Source: Oikopleura dioica (lineage: Eukaryota; Animalia; Chordata). Taken from it: 64,000 bases of DNA. The first letter of the stretch is position 1; each line of letters begins with the position of its first letter. The stretch spans positions 3,286,001-3,350,000 of the forward strand of contig OU015566.1 in NCBI GenBank assembly GCA_907165135.1, in the 5' to 3' direction. This document shows, piece after piece, positions 1-12,120 of this stretch. Both the position numbers and the translations under genes were made by a program. Below the pieces are notes generated by a model. That model did not search any database. It was not told where the DNA came from and saw only the letters and a program-made list of their open reading frames with translations.

Positions 1-729
1 AAATATTGCTCAGAGAGAACGATTCCTTTCCGTCCCATTTTCTGTCAGCATTCTTGTTCGATGGACCATCAAAAATGACCTTCAGACGACTGATATAAAA
101 ATGGAGAGCAAATATTCTCTTCACAAAATTTTTATAATCTTGACGATGGTTATTTACCCACGAAGCTTGCTGGGATTTAATCTGAATCCAAGAAACGCTA
201 AGGGGGATTTTCAAACGACCGATGTCGAGATACTCCTAAAAAAGGCTTAAATATCCATCTTTTTTGAACAAAAGTGGCTTTGACATTTTCAAAGAAAGTG
301 GCGATTTAGAGGGAGAGCTTGATTTTCAGCAAGGTTTGTTTCATAATTGTCATCGTTTTTATTTTTTTTCTAGTTCTTCTTCATCAAAACTTTCATTTCA
401 CCCGCCCGTTGAGTGTAACTGGCGCTTATCTGGATTCCAAAGGAAGCGTCATTTTCCACCAAATGCTTCTTGCCGGAATCGAATACAATGAGTACATTTT
501 GCAAAATACGCTCAGTGCAGCTTCATCATCGCAAATAAGAATCCCTCTTGACCGACGATACTACGCCTCTTACAAGATGACCAGATATTGCTACGACAAT
601 TACAACGACCTCATTTACTACGGACCAAAAAATGAATTTATTAAATTGGCGAATGAGCAAATCAATATGAAAAAAGAAGTCTGGCATCTTCTTCCCCAAG
701 CCTATTCAATTATTCTTACTGATAAATAA
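1..729 (+). CDS. 3' part of an unidentified multi-exon gene, truncated at the window start
   Basis: The frame of ORF 264 (DIFKESGDLEGELDFQQ) joins ORF 319..729 (VLLHQNFHF...ILTDK*) across a GT..AG intron at about 341-373. No family motif recognised. Confidence 0.45.
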
Positions 730-1586
730 AGCTTTTTCCTGATAGCATCTTAATCCCTGTTTACAATCAAACGTTATTTCAACCACTCGTAAATAAGAGC
801 GAGGTTGGCAAAATTCATCCATAAATCCGAGAGCTTATTTGACCTGTGAAACGATTTTGCATTTTTCCGAGATCAACAAGGTTCATGAAGATTCAAATGC
901 AGGTTATTTTCATCAGCAGGATTAATATCTTTTGAATTTTCGATAAAGCATTTCAGTGATATATTTCCCTAGTCAATAGAATTGAAAGAAAATACTATCT
1001 TTTGAAAGCATTATTTAATCAACTCAAATTCGAGACACACATTAAATTGTGACAGACTCATCGAGAATTGGAGCCAGTGAATGATGTCTAATGACTTTGA
1101 TTTGAGCAATCTTCGAAAACAATTTTCCCCATTCATCTTAGTTCGACCGTAAATCTGTGCTTCCGATTTATGGTTTTTCTTTTAACGATTGTTGACGTAG
1201 CCTACAAAATCCTCTCGAAATATTGCTTTCAATGATCGTCAATAATCGTAATAACATTTAATATTTTTAAACGTCATTTTGACATTGTAAAACTTGATTT
1301 TCCAAAGAAACTGATATAATTTCCTTCGGTATTAAAAAAGCAATAAACATTTGTTTCGATTAGTTTTTTTCTGAATTGATACAAATACAAGGCCGAATCT
1401 ACGAAACAAGCTGCCGACAACATAATTCTCAAGATTTATCGGAGGATAAGCCCTTAATTTTTATCAGCCTGGACGGGCATTGTAGATTAATCTCGCTGCA
1501 GATCGTAAAAGCTTAAGCTCCTGGTGTTGTAGCGCTACGTGAGCGATCATAATATCAGTAGAGAAAAAAACGAAACGAAACTACGA

Positions 1587-4568
1587 ATGAAATATAAAGT
1601 TTGTAAACAAAATTAATCAAAAGATAACAGAACAAAAGTTTGAAACTTAAACTTAAAATTTTCTTTCTTTTTTTATGAAATCTTTAGTTCTTCCTGGGCA
1701 TCCTGTGCCTAGGAACAGTATCCTGCCTTGGAGTAACCGACCTCACTTGCGCTGAAAACTCTGATTGCTACGCATACAATGCTTTTTGCAATTCAACAAC
1801 CTTGACTTGCTACTGCAACGATGCATTCTCCTACTACCTTACCCCGCAAGACCCCGAAATCGAAGTCAATGGGCAATTATTGGAAGAAACATGCGTCTTA
1901 AAAACTCGTAAAGTCCCCCTTTTGCCCTCCGTCCAAATCAAGGCCAATTTAGCTTGCGACTTTTACGTGGAGGAAAATGGCCCGTGCCCTGCTAACTCGA
2001 ATTGCATGATTCAAATCGATGGAACTGCCGAGTGCGCTTGTTATCCTGGCTTCGAATCGACGGATGCTGACGGTCAAGTCGGAGTGGATGGGGTTACTTG
2101 TGAAAGGAAAGGGATGATAAAATCATTTTTGTTTTTCATGAAATCAATTTATCAATCCAAAAATAAAGAATTAATCCATGCAACTCCTACTCCTGTGACG
2201 CAATAGCAAATTCTGAGTGCGTTGCCCTTTCCGAAACGGAAGCTAATTGTGCATGTGGCAATCTTTACGAGCCGTACGTTTTCGGACAATCATGGGAGCT
2301 GTCAGAAGACGATCTTTTTCCCAATTCATTTGCGCCAGACGTCATTTGCAATCCTAAATTTCCCTGTTTTGATCAAACCTGTGGTGGGAATCAGACCTGT
2401 GTCGTGAACAACAACGATGACGGAATTCCCACTGCTTTCTGTGCCTGCGACGATGGCTTTTCCTCTACTGGAGCTCAAACAGTCCTCATGTCGGATGGCG
2501 GTCTTGAGTGCGAAGATCTCGACGAGTGCTCTGATGACGCGCTTAACTTTTGCGCTGCCACTCAAACCTGCATCAACCAAGTTGGAAGCTACGAATGCGA
2601 ATGCTCTCCTGGATACCTTCCAAATACTGACGAGAACACAGTGTCTGTTGCTCCTTGTGTCCAATGCTCAGGACCAGGGGCAACGGAAAATGACGGAGAA
2701 TGCACTTGTTATAATGGAGCGATTCTGAGCGAGGGTGATAGTACCCTCTGTGTGTGTCCTGATGGTTGGGAACAGGTAGGTAATATGTGTTCGCTAGGAG
2801 GAACTTCTTCGACAACAACCACAACTACTACCACAACTACGACTACAACAACAACTACTTCCACGACGACAAGTAAGACTACGACAACAACCACTACTAC
2901 GACGACAACCACTACTACGACGACAACCACAACAACGACAACTACAACAACGACAACTACTTCAACAACAACAACTACCACTACTACCACTACGACAAGT
3001 ACAACTACGACAACTACGACTTCCACAACGACCACTACTACGACGACAACAACAACAACTACAACTACTACAACAACGACAACTACATCCACCACAACTA
3101 CAAGCACAACAACAACAACTACGACAACAAGTACGTCGACAACTACTACAAGCACCATCACAAGCACAACCAAAAGTACAACAACGAGCACAACTACCAC
3201 CTCGACTACCACGACTACTTCAACAAATACAACTACCTCGACGACTACTACCACAACGTCAACAACTACAACAACAACCACTACCACCACAAGCACAACG
3301 AGCACAACTACGACCACTACAACCATATCTCAAACAACAACTTCAGGCGAACCTTGCTTTGGTCCAACCAGCCGTTTTGAAAATGGCGCTTGCACTTGCG
3401 ACTTTACAATCCGAAGTATCGAACTAAAAGATGACCAGAAAACCTGCCGTTGCAAAGAAAAATTTACTTGGAGAGAGAATCTTGGAATTTGCGACTGTGA
3501 GCCTGGTCTTTTCGTGAGTACAAAAGTTTATAGAAATCATTAAATGAGTTAAAAGAAATCGATTCGGGGAGGTTGCGTTCCACCAGAAGACAACTACATT
3601 CAATGGAAGGGACCCTTCGGAAAATGCGAAGGAAATCGTCGGAAACGAGCGATCAAGCAAATCGACCGTGTTGAAAATGGCGCTACTGAGGTTAGGTTAT
3701 CTTCTTAATTAATATAAGAACAATGTCAAGGCTCCTTGGTTCGGAAGAAATGTCAACTCTTGGAAAGTCACTGAAAAATGCGGCGCCGATAGACCAGGTT
3801 CGAATCCTTCGAAAGAAGATAATTGAAGACTTTATAGATTTTTGCATGGATTGGTTTGCTGAGTTCAATGAAGAAAGTGGGCTATGCGAATGCATCGACG
3901 GTTACACTGACAGCGTTGATGGGTGCACACCTTGGGAAAATAATAAAGATTCAGCTGGACAAACGATCATGGATGAAATTCTCCGACGTCTTCGATTTAT
4001 CGGTTCGCTTTTTCTTGCTTTTGAACGCAAACAGGGATTTTATTATTTGATTTTCAGAGGAAGATGGTTCTTTGAACTCGATCAACGCCAAACGACTCGG
4101 TGCTTTTGAGCGATTCTTCTCAATAATGGAACAGAAGGCGCTCGCGAAGGCAAGGTCTGGTTGCGGAGAAAGGGGTCGAGGCATGCATGGATCCTTCATC
4201 GATGGTAAGTACGAGAAAAGAATGTCATTTCTGATGGAGCTCTAGAAAATCTTGATTTGTTCCGCAACTTTGAAATCGAGTCTGCAAAGGGCGACAACAA
4301 CCACAACGCTCTCCGTAAGATCATCTATCTCTACAACAAATGGCAACAAGCGTATCTGTGGAATTGCCCAAGGTTTATTTTAAAATGATTTCATTCCGCC
4401 TCAACCCTTTTTAGATCTGGGTATGGATATGATCCCCAAGATCCGTCCGATCCAACCGGAACAGTTTGCAAATCGAAAAACAAGAAAGATTCTTTCAAAT
4501 GCCGAATCCAATTCCATTTTGACATCCTTTTCGACCGAGTTTTCAAAGAAACAAAACTCGACTGGTAG
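1587..4568 (+). CDS. Secreted EGF-repeat protein with a Thr-rich mucin-like stalk and an orphan C-terminal domain (oikosin-like candidate)
   Basis: ATG 1587 MKYK, intron 1599-1687, then FFLGILCLGTVSC signal peptide. Several EGF-like modules including a Ca-binding type (EDLDECSDDALNFC...CINQVGSYECEC). About 175 aa of near-pure Thr. Further Cys modules, then a probable stop at 4566-4568. Confidence 0.8.
2812..3340 (+). repeat. Coding low-complexity ACN (Thr) tract
   Basis: ACA/ACT/ACC/ACG codon run translating to poly-Thr/Ser within ORF 2404..3543. Confidence 0.95.
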
Positions 4569-5498
4569 ATCTGAAATAAAGAAAAAACACTCTAAAAGAA
4601 ATTTTGCCGGATTATCCTAATTGAGCATTTTTTAAAACACCTGTGCAAATAAAAAGAACCAGGTGCCAGAGAAAATGCCTTCTGAGCGAATTTCAGTTTA
4701 GCTGAGATAAACAGTAAGTTAATTTTTGCTTCAACTCTTTTTCTTTCCATCGCCGGTTTTGTTTGAAAATACGGAAATCCCCGCCGCCTCAAATGGCTCA
4801 GCTCAAGGGCATCAAAATTTCCACCGAGAAAACACTATTGAAAAAATATAAGAAATAACGTGAGATTTTTTTGCAGAGGCAAGCATTTGAACTTTCACGC
4901 ATTTTTTCGCGAAAATTCTCTAGATGAAAAAGTGTCATTTCGCTTTTGAAACTTCCGAATTCGCATTTTTTCTCTAGATGAGCCGGCTTGGTTCAGCTAT
5001 CTTCGCAGTTCTCGAGCATTTCCAGTTTCTTCTGGAGAAAGCGGGGTCCGAGAGCAGGGTTTGAAATCTGAAAATTTTGCGTGAGCACGAGCACGCGTGA
5101 GCACGGGGTGCTCATAAATCAGTGAGCATGAGCACGCGTGAGCACGGGGGTGCTCATAATTCAGTGAGCATGAGCACGCGTGAGCACGTGATGCTCAAAT
5201 TTTCGTGAGCATGAGCACGCGTGAGCACGGGGGTGCTCAAATTTTCGTGAGCCTGAGCACGCGTGAGCATGCTCATTGAGCTCACTCACGTGCTCATGAA
5301 CAGCTCATGCTCACGTGCTCATGAGCAGCTCATGCTCACTTGCTTATGAGCTGCTAGCGTACCTAGAGTATTTTCAAAATTAAAAATATTAACCATAATA
5401 AAATTAAAATCTTGGCAAATTTTAGTTTTTGCAACAATGGGTGAGGGTGGGGTTGGGGACAATACTGAGATTGATCACCTCAACGGTCCTAGCCAATG

Positions 5499-7321
5499 TC
5501 AAGCCCCTTAAATTAAGAAATCAAGGAACGGGGCTGAGACGGCCCGAAGGGCCGTCAAGCCCCTTAAATTAAGAAATCAAGGAACGGGGCTGAGACGGCC
5601 CGAAGGGCCGTCAAGCCCCTTAAATTAAGAAATCAAGGAACGGGGCTGAGACGGCCCGAAGGGCCGTCAAGCCCCTTAAATTAAGAAATCAAGGAACGGG
5701 GCTGAGACGGCCCGAAGGGCCGTCAAGCCCCTTAAATTAAGAAATCAAGGAACGGGGCTGAGACGGCCCGAAGGGCCGTCAAGCCCCTTAAATTAAGAAA
5801 TCAAGGAACGGGGCTGAGACGGCCCGAAGGGCCGTCAAGCCCCTTAAATTAAGAAATCAAGGAACGGGGCTGAGACGGCCCGAAGGGCCGTCAAGCCCCT
5901 TAAATTAAGAAATCAAGGAACGGGGCTGAGACGGCCCGAAGGGCCGTCAAGCCCCTTAAATTAAGAAATCAAGGAACGGGGCTGAGACGGCCCGAAGGGC
6001 CGTCAAGCCCCTTAAATTAAGAAATCAAGGAACGGGGCTGAGACGGCCCGAAGGGCCGTCAAGCCCCTTAAATTAAGAAATCAAGGAACGGGGCTGAGAC
6101 GGCCCGAAGGGCCGTCAAGCCCTTAAATTAAGAAATCAAGGAACGGGGCTGAGACGGCCCGAAGGGCCGTCAAGCCCTTAAATTAAGAAATCAAGGAACG
6201 GGGCTGAGACGGCCCGAAGGGCCGTCAAGCCCTTAAATTAAGAAATCAAGGAACGGGGCTGAGACGGCCCGAAGGGCCGTCAAGCCCTTAAATTAAGAAA
6301 TCAAGGAACGGGGCTGAGACGGCCCGAAGGGCCGTCAAGCCCCTTAAATTAAGAAATCAAGGAACGGGGCTGAGACGGCCCGAAGGGCCGTCAAGCCCCT
6401 TAAATTAAGAAATCAAGGAACGGGGCTGAGACGGCCCGAAGGGCCGGGCAACCGGGAGAATAATTCTGTGCACAGAACTATTCTGTGAAAAACAGAATTA
6501 TTCTCACGATAACACCCCCCCTTTCCGGGAGAATAATTCTGTGGAAAAAAATTTTTTTTGGCAAAAATAACTATTATTCTGCGAATGCAGAAGTTGTTTG
6601 CTGCCAAAAATGAGTCCCAGCGGTAGAAAAAGACTGCCCCTGCCAACCCAATGAGTTCTCTATCAGAAAATGCGCGCAAGGGCCGTAGGCCCGTAGCGTG
6701 CTTCATAGCCTCTTCGGTTCAGCTTCTATTAACAAACTATCATTGTTATAGATTGCAAGATTCAAAGACCGACTGAAGTCAATCCTTTTCCACTCTTAGA
6801 CATGATTTCCAGAGTATTATAGGCTATCTACGACATAATCGAAGTGAATTTTGCTAAGCTCGACACAGAATAGTTTTGTTTCAAACAGAATGGTTCTGTT
6901 TCAAACAGAATAGTTCTGTTTTTTCACAGAATAGTTCTGTTTCCACAGAATAGTTCTGTCCACAGAATTATTCTCCCGCCCAGCCCGAAGGGCCGTCAAG
7001 CCCCTTAAATTAAGAAATCAAGGAACGGGGCTGAGACGGCCCGAAGGGCCGTCAAGCCCTTAAATTAAGAAATCAAGGAACGGGGCTGAGACGGCCCGAA
7101 GGGCCGTCAAGCCCTTAAATTAAGAAATCAAGGAACGGGGCTGAGACGGCCCGAAGGGCCGTCAAGCCCCTTAAATTAAGAAATCAAGGAACGGGGCTGA
7201 GACGGCCCGAAGGGCCGTCAAGCCCTTAAATTAAGAAATCAAGGAACGGGGCTGAGACGGCCCGAAGGGCCGTCAAGCCCTTAAATTAAGAAATCAAGGA
7301 ACGGGGCTGAGACGGCCCGAA
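5499..7321. repeat. 55/56-bp tandem satellite, about 23 units, split by a nested insertion
   Basis: Unit TCAAGCCC(C)TTAAATTAAGAAATCAAGGAACGGGGCTGAGACGGCCCGAAGGGCCG. 17 units in 5499-6445 and 6 units in 6996-7321. Units differ only by CCCC vs CCC. Confidence 0.97.
6446..6986. mobile_element. Nested 541-bp TIR element (MITE) inside the satellite
   Basis: 8-bp TSD GAAGGGCC (6438-6445, 6987-6994). Imperfect TIRs GGGC..GGGAGAATAATTCTGTG and CACAGAATTATTCTCCC..GCCC. Internal CAGAATAGTTCTG subterminal repeats. Confidence 0.85.
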
Positions 7322-8052
7322 AAATCCCACCAGCGCATCGCCAAGTTTGACTTACAATCGCTTATAGTCTATAAGTTATAGAACCTGTCAATTTGAGTCG
7401 TTAACGACTGTGAGCACGTCTTAATGTGAGCTATGAGCACGTGCTCACGTGCTCATGAGCACAGAGTTTGCTCTTGCAGGGATCCATGAGCATGAGCTCG
7501 CGTGAGCACGACTGTGCTCTATCATCGGTGAGCATGAGCACGCGTGAGCACGAGGGGCCCAGAATTCCGTGAGCATGAGCACGCGTGAGCATGCTCATCG
7601 AGCTCACTCACGTGCTCACATGCTCGTGAGCTCGTCAGATTTCAAACCCTGTCCGAGAGAGCAAGAATTTCCGTAAGTCGACCAAAATATATTGAAGTAA
7701 TTTCTTTTCTAGGTGGAAAAAGCCGAACGGACCGAGGCAGCAAAGGGTAATCCCTCGATTACTTCAATAAAGCTGCAGAAAGCTGGTAACATCACATGTT
7801 CTGATCAACTTTCACATTTCATACACAGATAAACTGTCAAATAAACCTTCCATTTTTATTTCTACTGTCTCATTTTCAAAGCAAGCAGACAATATCGAAC
7901 TTTCAAATTAGAAGAGAGTAAGATTCTTTCTATTATGATTTTCGACAGCGCCACCGGAGTGATAACACTGGCGCCGCACGAAACGGATCTCAACTCTGGA
8001 CCATTTCGATCATTTGCGACGCGACCGAGCTACGAGCTGGTTACTGAGCAAG

Positions 8053-11000
8053 ATGAAGATTTTCCAGGCGTTGTTAGTCGGCACCCTGGCCGCAAAGGGC
8101 GGGAAGAAGAAAGCTGGTAAGTTGAGAGATATGTTTTTCGTAAAGGATCGCTTTTTAGAGCGTGAAGCCGCTAAAGCAGCAGCTTTAGCTGCTCAAGCTG
8201 AGGCTGAGCGACTTTCTTCAACTCCGGAGCTCGGTCCGGGGACACGATTCAAATGGACAACTACGGTGATAACGTTGCAAAAACCTGGGAAGTCGTTGCT
8301 GACGATGAAGGAGTAACCTCTCTCACTTTCCACTTCGTCGGCAGCGAGACTTCCATGGACTGGGGTGCTGCAGACTGCCCGGACTACGTCAAAATTGAGC
8401 CGCAATCCGAGTTGGGAGAAATCCTCGACACGGTGTATTTTTGCGGTTCTGGCGATGCTGCAACTTCGTATTTCATTCGAGATGGAGAGAAGAACTTCAT
8501 CCCTCGGCAGAAATTCGGTCTGAAAGGATGGGACCATGCTTGGGATACGTTCGCGAAGAGAGCCACCGTGACATTTTCTTCCGACTCCGAAGGAAACGGC
8601 GGCAACTTCAAAATTCTCGTCGGAGAGCAGCTCCGATCCTCGCCCTGCCGAACTCGATCGGATTGTCAGCACGTCGACTTGACTCAACATATTTGCGCCA
8701 TCAACGATGAGACGAAAGAAAAAGTCTGCACCAAGGTCGACTGTACCAGCCACGATCACTGTAAGAAAGGAGAGAATCCTGGAGACCCAATTGAAATCTG
8801 CTCGAAAAACAAGTGCGAACCAACAGAATGCCGTCTCAGAGAGCATTGCCCAGAGCAGCACGTCTGCAAGGACAACGAATGCACACTCGTCGACTGCACA
8901 AAACACGATCACTGTGACCAATCTGCCGGCCCGAAGCGATGCACCAAGAACGTCTGTACCTCCGTCGGTTGCGTCGGCAAAAAAGACTGTCTGGCGAACC
9001 AGCTCTGCGTCGAAAACGAGTGCGTCAGCCATGAGTGTCTCGGACATTTGACCTGCGAGAACGACTTTCCGGAACGATGCAAGGATGGAATTTGCAAATG
9101 CATCGGCAGAAAATGCGAAAAACAAGAATGCACCAAGCATACACACTGTCCCGATGGCGGCCTCTGCGACAACAATCCCTTCAACGACCCAACTTTCAAG
9201 TGCTACAACGAAGTTGACGGCGTCAAGACCTGCCGAAACCATGCTCAATGTGGGGCAAAAGCAAAATGCCAGGACAAACGATGCGTGAGCGTGGAGTGTC
9301 GAACAAATAAAGATTGTGAAGGAAAGAAAGGTGCTGAAGCCTGGAGATGCTTCGATGAAAACACTGCTCCAACTGTCGAACAACAGAATACTTGCTACCC
9401 AGTCGACTGCAGTAGACATGACACTTGCGGCGCCAAGAAAGCTTGCAAGGATAACACCTGCGTGGACGTTACCTGTAGAACTAATGCTGACTGTACTGGC
9501 AACTTCTTGTGTCACAAGCCAGATCGTTCCGACCCTACGAAGAATTTCTGCAAAGCCGTCGACTGCATCGGACACAAAGCCTGCAAGGAACATTCCAACA
9601 TCGACTGCCAAAATGGCAAATGTCTTTGCATCAAAAACAAATGCGAGGCGCAACAATGCGTAACTTCTGATCATTGCGGATCAAAACAACGATGTCACGA
9701 CAACAAATGCGAAGATGCGCAATGCTCCAATCATGATCATTGCCTCACATTTTTCCCGAAATCCAACGGAGTCGACTATCACCCAGCCAAGTGCTTCCCC
9801 AACTGTTACACCGAAAAGGGACGAAAGTACTGCCTTCCGGAATGTAGAAAAGTCGCCTGTCGAACGCACGAACATTGCGGGCCCAAGCAGCTTTGCGACA
9901 AGACAAAGAATCAGTGTAAAAATGTCGATTGCAGAGGACATGATCACTGTGGCGACAAAGAAAGTTGCGTCAAAAACGTCTGCACCCTCCAAACTTGCAC
10001 GAAAAATTGGCACTGCAAAGGTGAAAAAGAGGTCTGTGAAAACAACGAATGCAAACAAGTCGGATGCAAAGGACACGACGATTGCGGAGAGAAAGAACGA
10101 TGTATTCGCCATGAATGTGTCGCCAGAGAATGTACTCTCAACGAGCACTGTAGCAAGAGCCCAGGCAATTTCGAAAAATGTGATAAAATTGATGGAACAT
10201 GCATCGACATCGAATGTATTGGTCATACCAGTTGCAACAATGTCAAATTGAACTCGTTCGGCGACGACTGCTCTGATGGACACTGCCTCTGTCTCGGAAA
10301 CGTCTGTCATTGGCAAGAATGTCGAACGAACGACCATTGCGGTGAGAAAGAAAAATGCTCTGGAAATGCATGTCTTCCCGTCGATTGCACCAGCCATGAT
10401 CATTGTGGCGAGAAAGAAGTCTGCAGGGATAATAATTGTGTCGATGTCAAATGCCGCGATAGAGAGCATTGTCAAGCCAAGGGCCTTAGAAAAACAGCTT
10501 ACAAATCGTTAATTTTTAAGTTAAATGATAAGCCCTAAAAAGACAAACAAATTTGCGGTGGCGAAGCAACTAATAACACCTGCGTAGACGTCGACTGCCT
10601 CGGCCATGCTGATTGCGACAACTTCAAGGGCGATACGGAAAACGCCTACTATTGCAAAAACCAGAAGTGTGAGCCGATTCAATGCCGAGTTACTGCCGAC
10701 TGTGGTGATAAAGAAGTGTGCAAAAATAGGGAGTGCCAGACAGTTGCCTGCACAGAGCATTCTCATTGTGAGGAAGAACACGATGATACTTACAGGCCTG
10801 GTTCTTGAGATTTTCATATTTTTCTTCGAAAAAATATTTAAAAAACCGAATAAAAGCTGCTTGAGCAACACCTGTACAAAACAACAATGTCGAAACAACC
10901 AGCACTGCAACAGCAATCAGCTTTGCAACAAAGCCAAGGGCGAGTGCTACGATGTCGAATGTCGAGGAAATCTGATGTGCGACGATAAAGAAGGCTGCGA

Positions 11001-12120
11001 AGATGGAAAATGCCTCTGCCTGGACAATGTTTGCGAGGTGCAAGAATGCAGGAAAGATGCTCACTGCGGCGAGAAAGTAGGATCTTTTTCTTGTTCAATA
11101 AATAGTTACTTATTCAAGGGCGTTTGCGAAAAAAACCAATGTGTCCAACTCGACTGCAAAACTGACGAGCACTGCCTCGACGACAATAGAAAACCTTGCA
11201 GGGACGGAAAATGCCGCTGCAACCTGTCAAAAAACTGCGAGCCCGTTTCATGCATGGAGAACACTCACTGCGCTGCTGATGAAGTCTGCTCTGGCGACGA
11301 TCCGAATGATGGAATCGAAGATAACACTTGCATTTCTGTCGAGTGCAAGAGCATTAACGATTGTGGCGACCAAGAAATTTGCGAGAAAAACACTTGTAAA
11401 TTAGTCGAATGTACTACTTCTAGCCATTGTGCCGATCGATCTTCTCCTCATGTTTGCAGAAAGAACAAATGCGAGCCAGTGGAATGTGCAGCTCATGACG
11501 ACTGCGCCGACTTCTTCCCAGAAACTGAAGGCCTCGGGTACAAATGCATCAAGAATAAGTGCAAAAACTTCGAGTGCACAACAAACTTCCACTGCGGCGA
11601 AGGGCAACTTTGCAACAAATCGATCAACGAGTGCTACGCTCCCGAGTGCATTGGTTCCCTCGCTTGCGATAGCCTGGCAACAACTGAGGGTGGAGAAAAC
11701 TGTCTCGACGGAAGATGCAGATGTGAAGCGAACAAATGCGTGAAAAAGGAATGCAGAGACAATACTCACTGCGGATGGCCACAGAAGGCGAGTATTTGTC
11801 AGAACAACAAGTGCAACAATGTTCCATGCACTTCTCATAGCCACTGTCAAAACGCTGATGGCGGAAACGTCGCTTCCCGATGCGTTGATGGAAACAAATG
11901 CGACCACTCAGGCGAATGTCTTGTGACCAACCACTGCGATTCATACGACGAGCCACATGTCTGCCGAGACAACCAGTGCGTTCCAGTGCCATGTCTCAGA
12001 AACTCAGACTGCGGCGACCAGCACATTTGCGTCCGACAAGAGTGCGTCAAAGTTGAGTGCGACTCGAACATTGACTGCGAAAAGGGGCAAATTTGCGTCG
12101 ACAACCTTTGCGTCGAGTAG
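8053..12120 (+). CDS. Secreted CUB-domain protein with dozens of tandem 4-Cys repeats (oikosin-like candidate)
   Basis: MKIFQALLVGTLAA signal peptide. CUB-like block (KTWEV..LTFHF..CPDYVKIE..YFCGSG..VTFSSDSEGNGGNF). Repeats of the form VxCxxHxHCxxxxxCxxNxC across ORFs 8253..10538 and 10606..12120, joined by short GC-AG and GT-AG introns. Confidence 0.85.

Larger units (their letters stand above)
5055..7651. mobile_element. Non-autonomous hAT-like DNA transposon (2597 bp)
   Basis: Perfect 17-bp TIRs CAGGGTTTGAAATCTGA (5055-5071) and TCAGATTTCAAACCCTG (7635-7651). Perfect 8-bp TSD TCCGAGAG (5047-5054, 7652-7659). Subterminal TGAGCAC/GTGCTCA repeat clusters at both ends. No transposase ORF. Confidence 0.9.
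4793..7783 (+). pseudogene. Small putative gene whose 90-nt exon is interrupted by the hAT-like element
   Basis: Removing 5055-7659 restores an exon from AG|4978 to 7672|GTAAGT, 30 codons with no stop (MSRLGSAIFAVLEHFQFLLEKAGSERARIS). The next exon VEKAERTEAAKGNPSITSIKLQKA is in frame. Possible ATG at 4793. Confidence 0.35.

Noticed and set aside
2709-3326. Poly-Val ORF on the minus strand
   Set aside because: Antisense shadow of the Thr codon tract.
5499-7321. CRISPR-like array
   Set aside because: The palindromic units are directly abutted with no unique spacers, there are no cas genes, and the context is eukaryotic.
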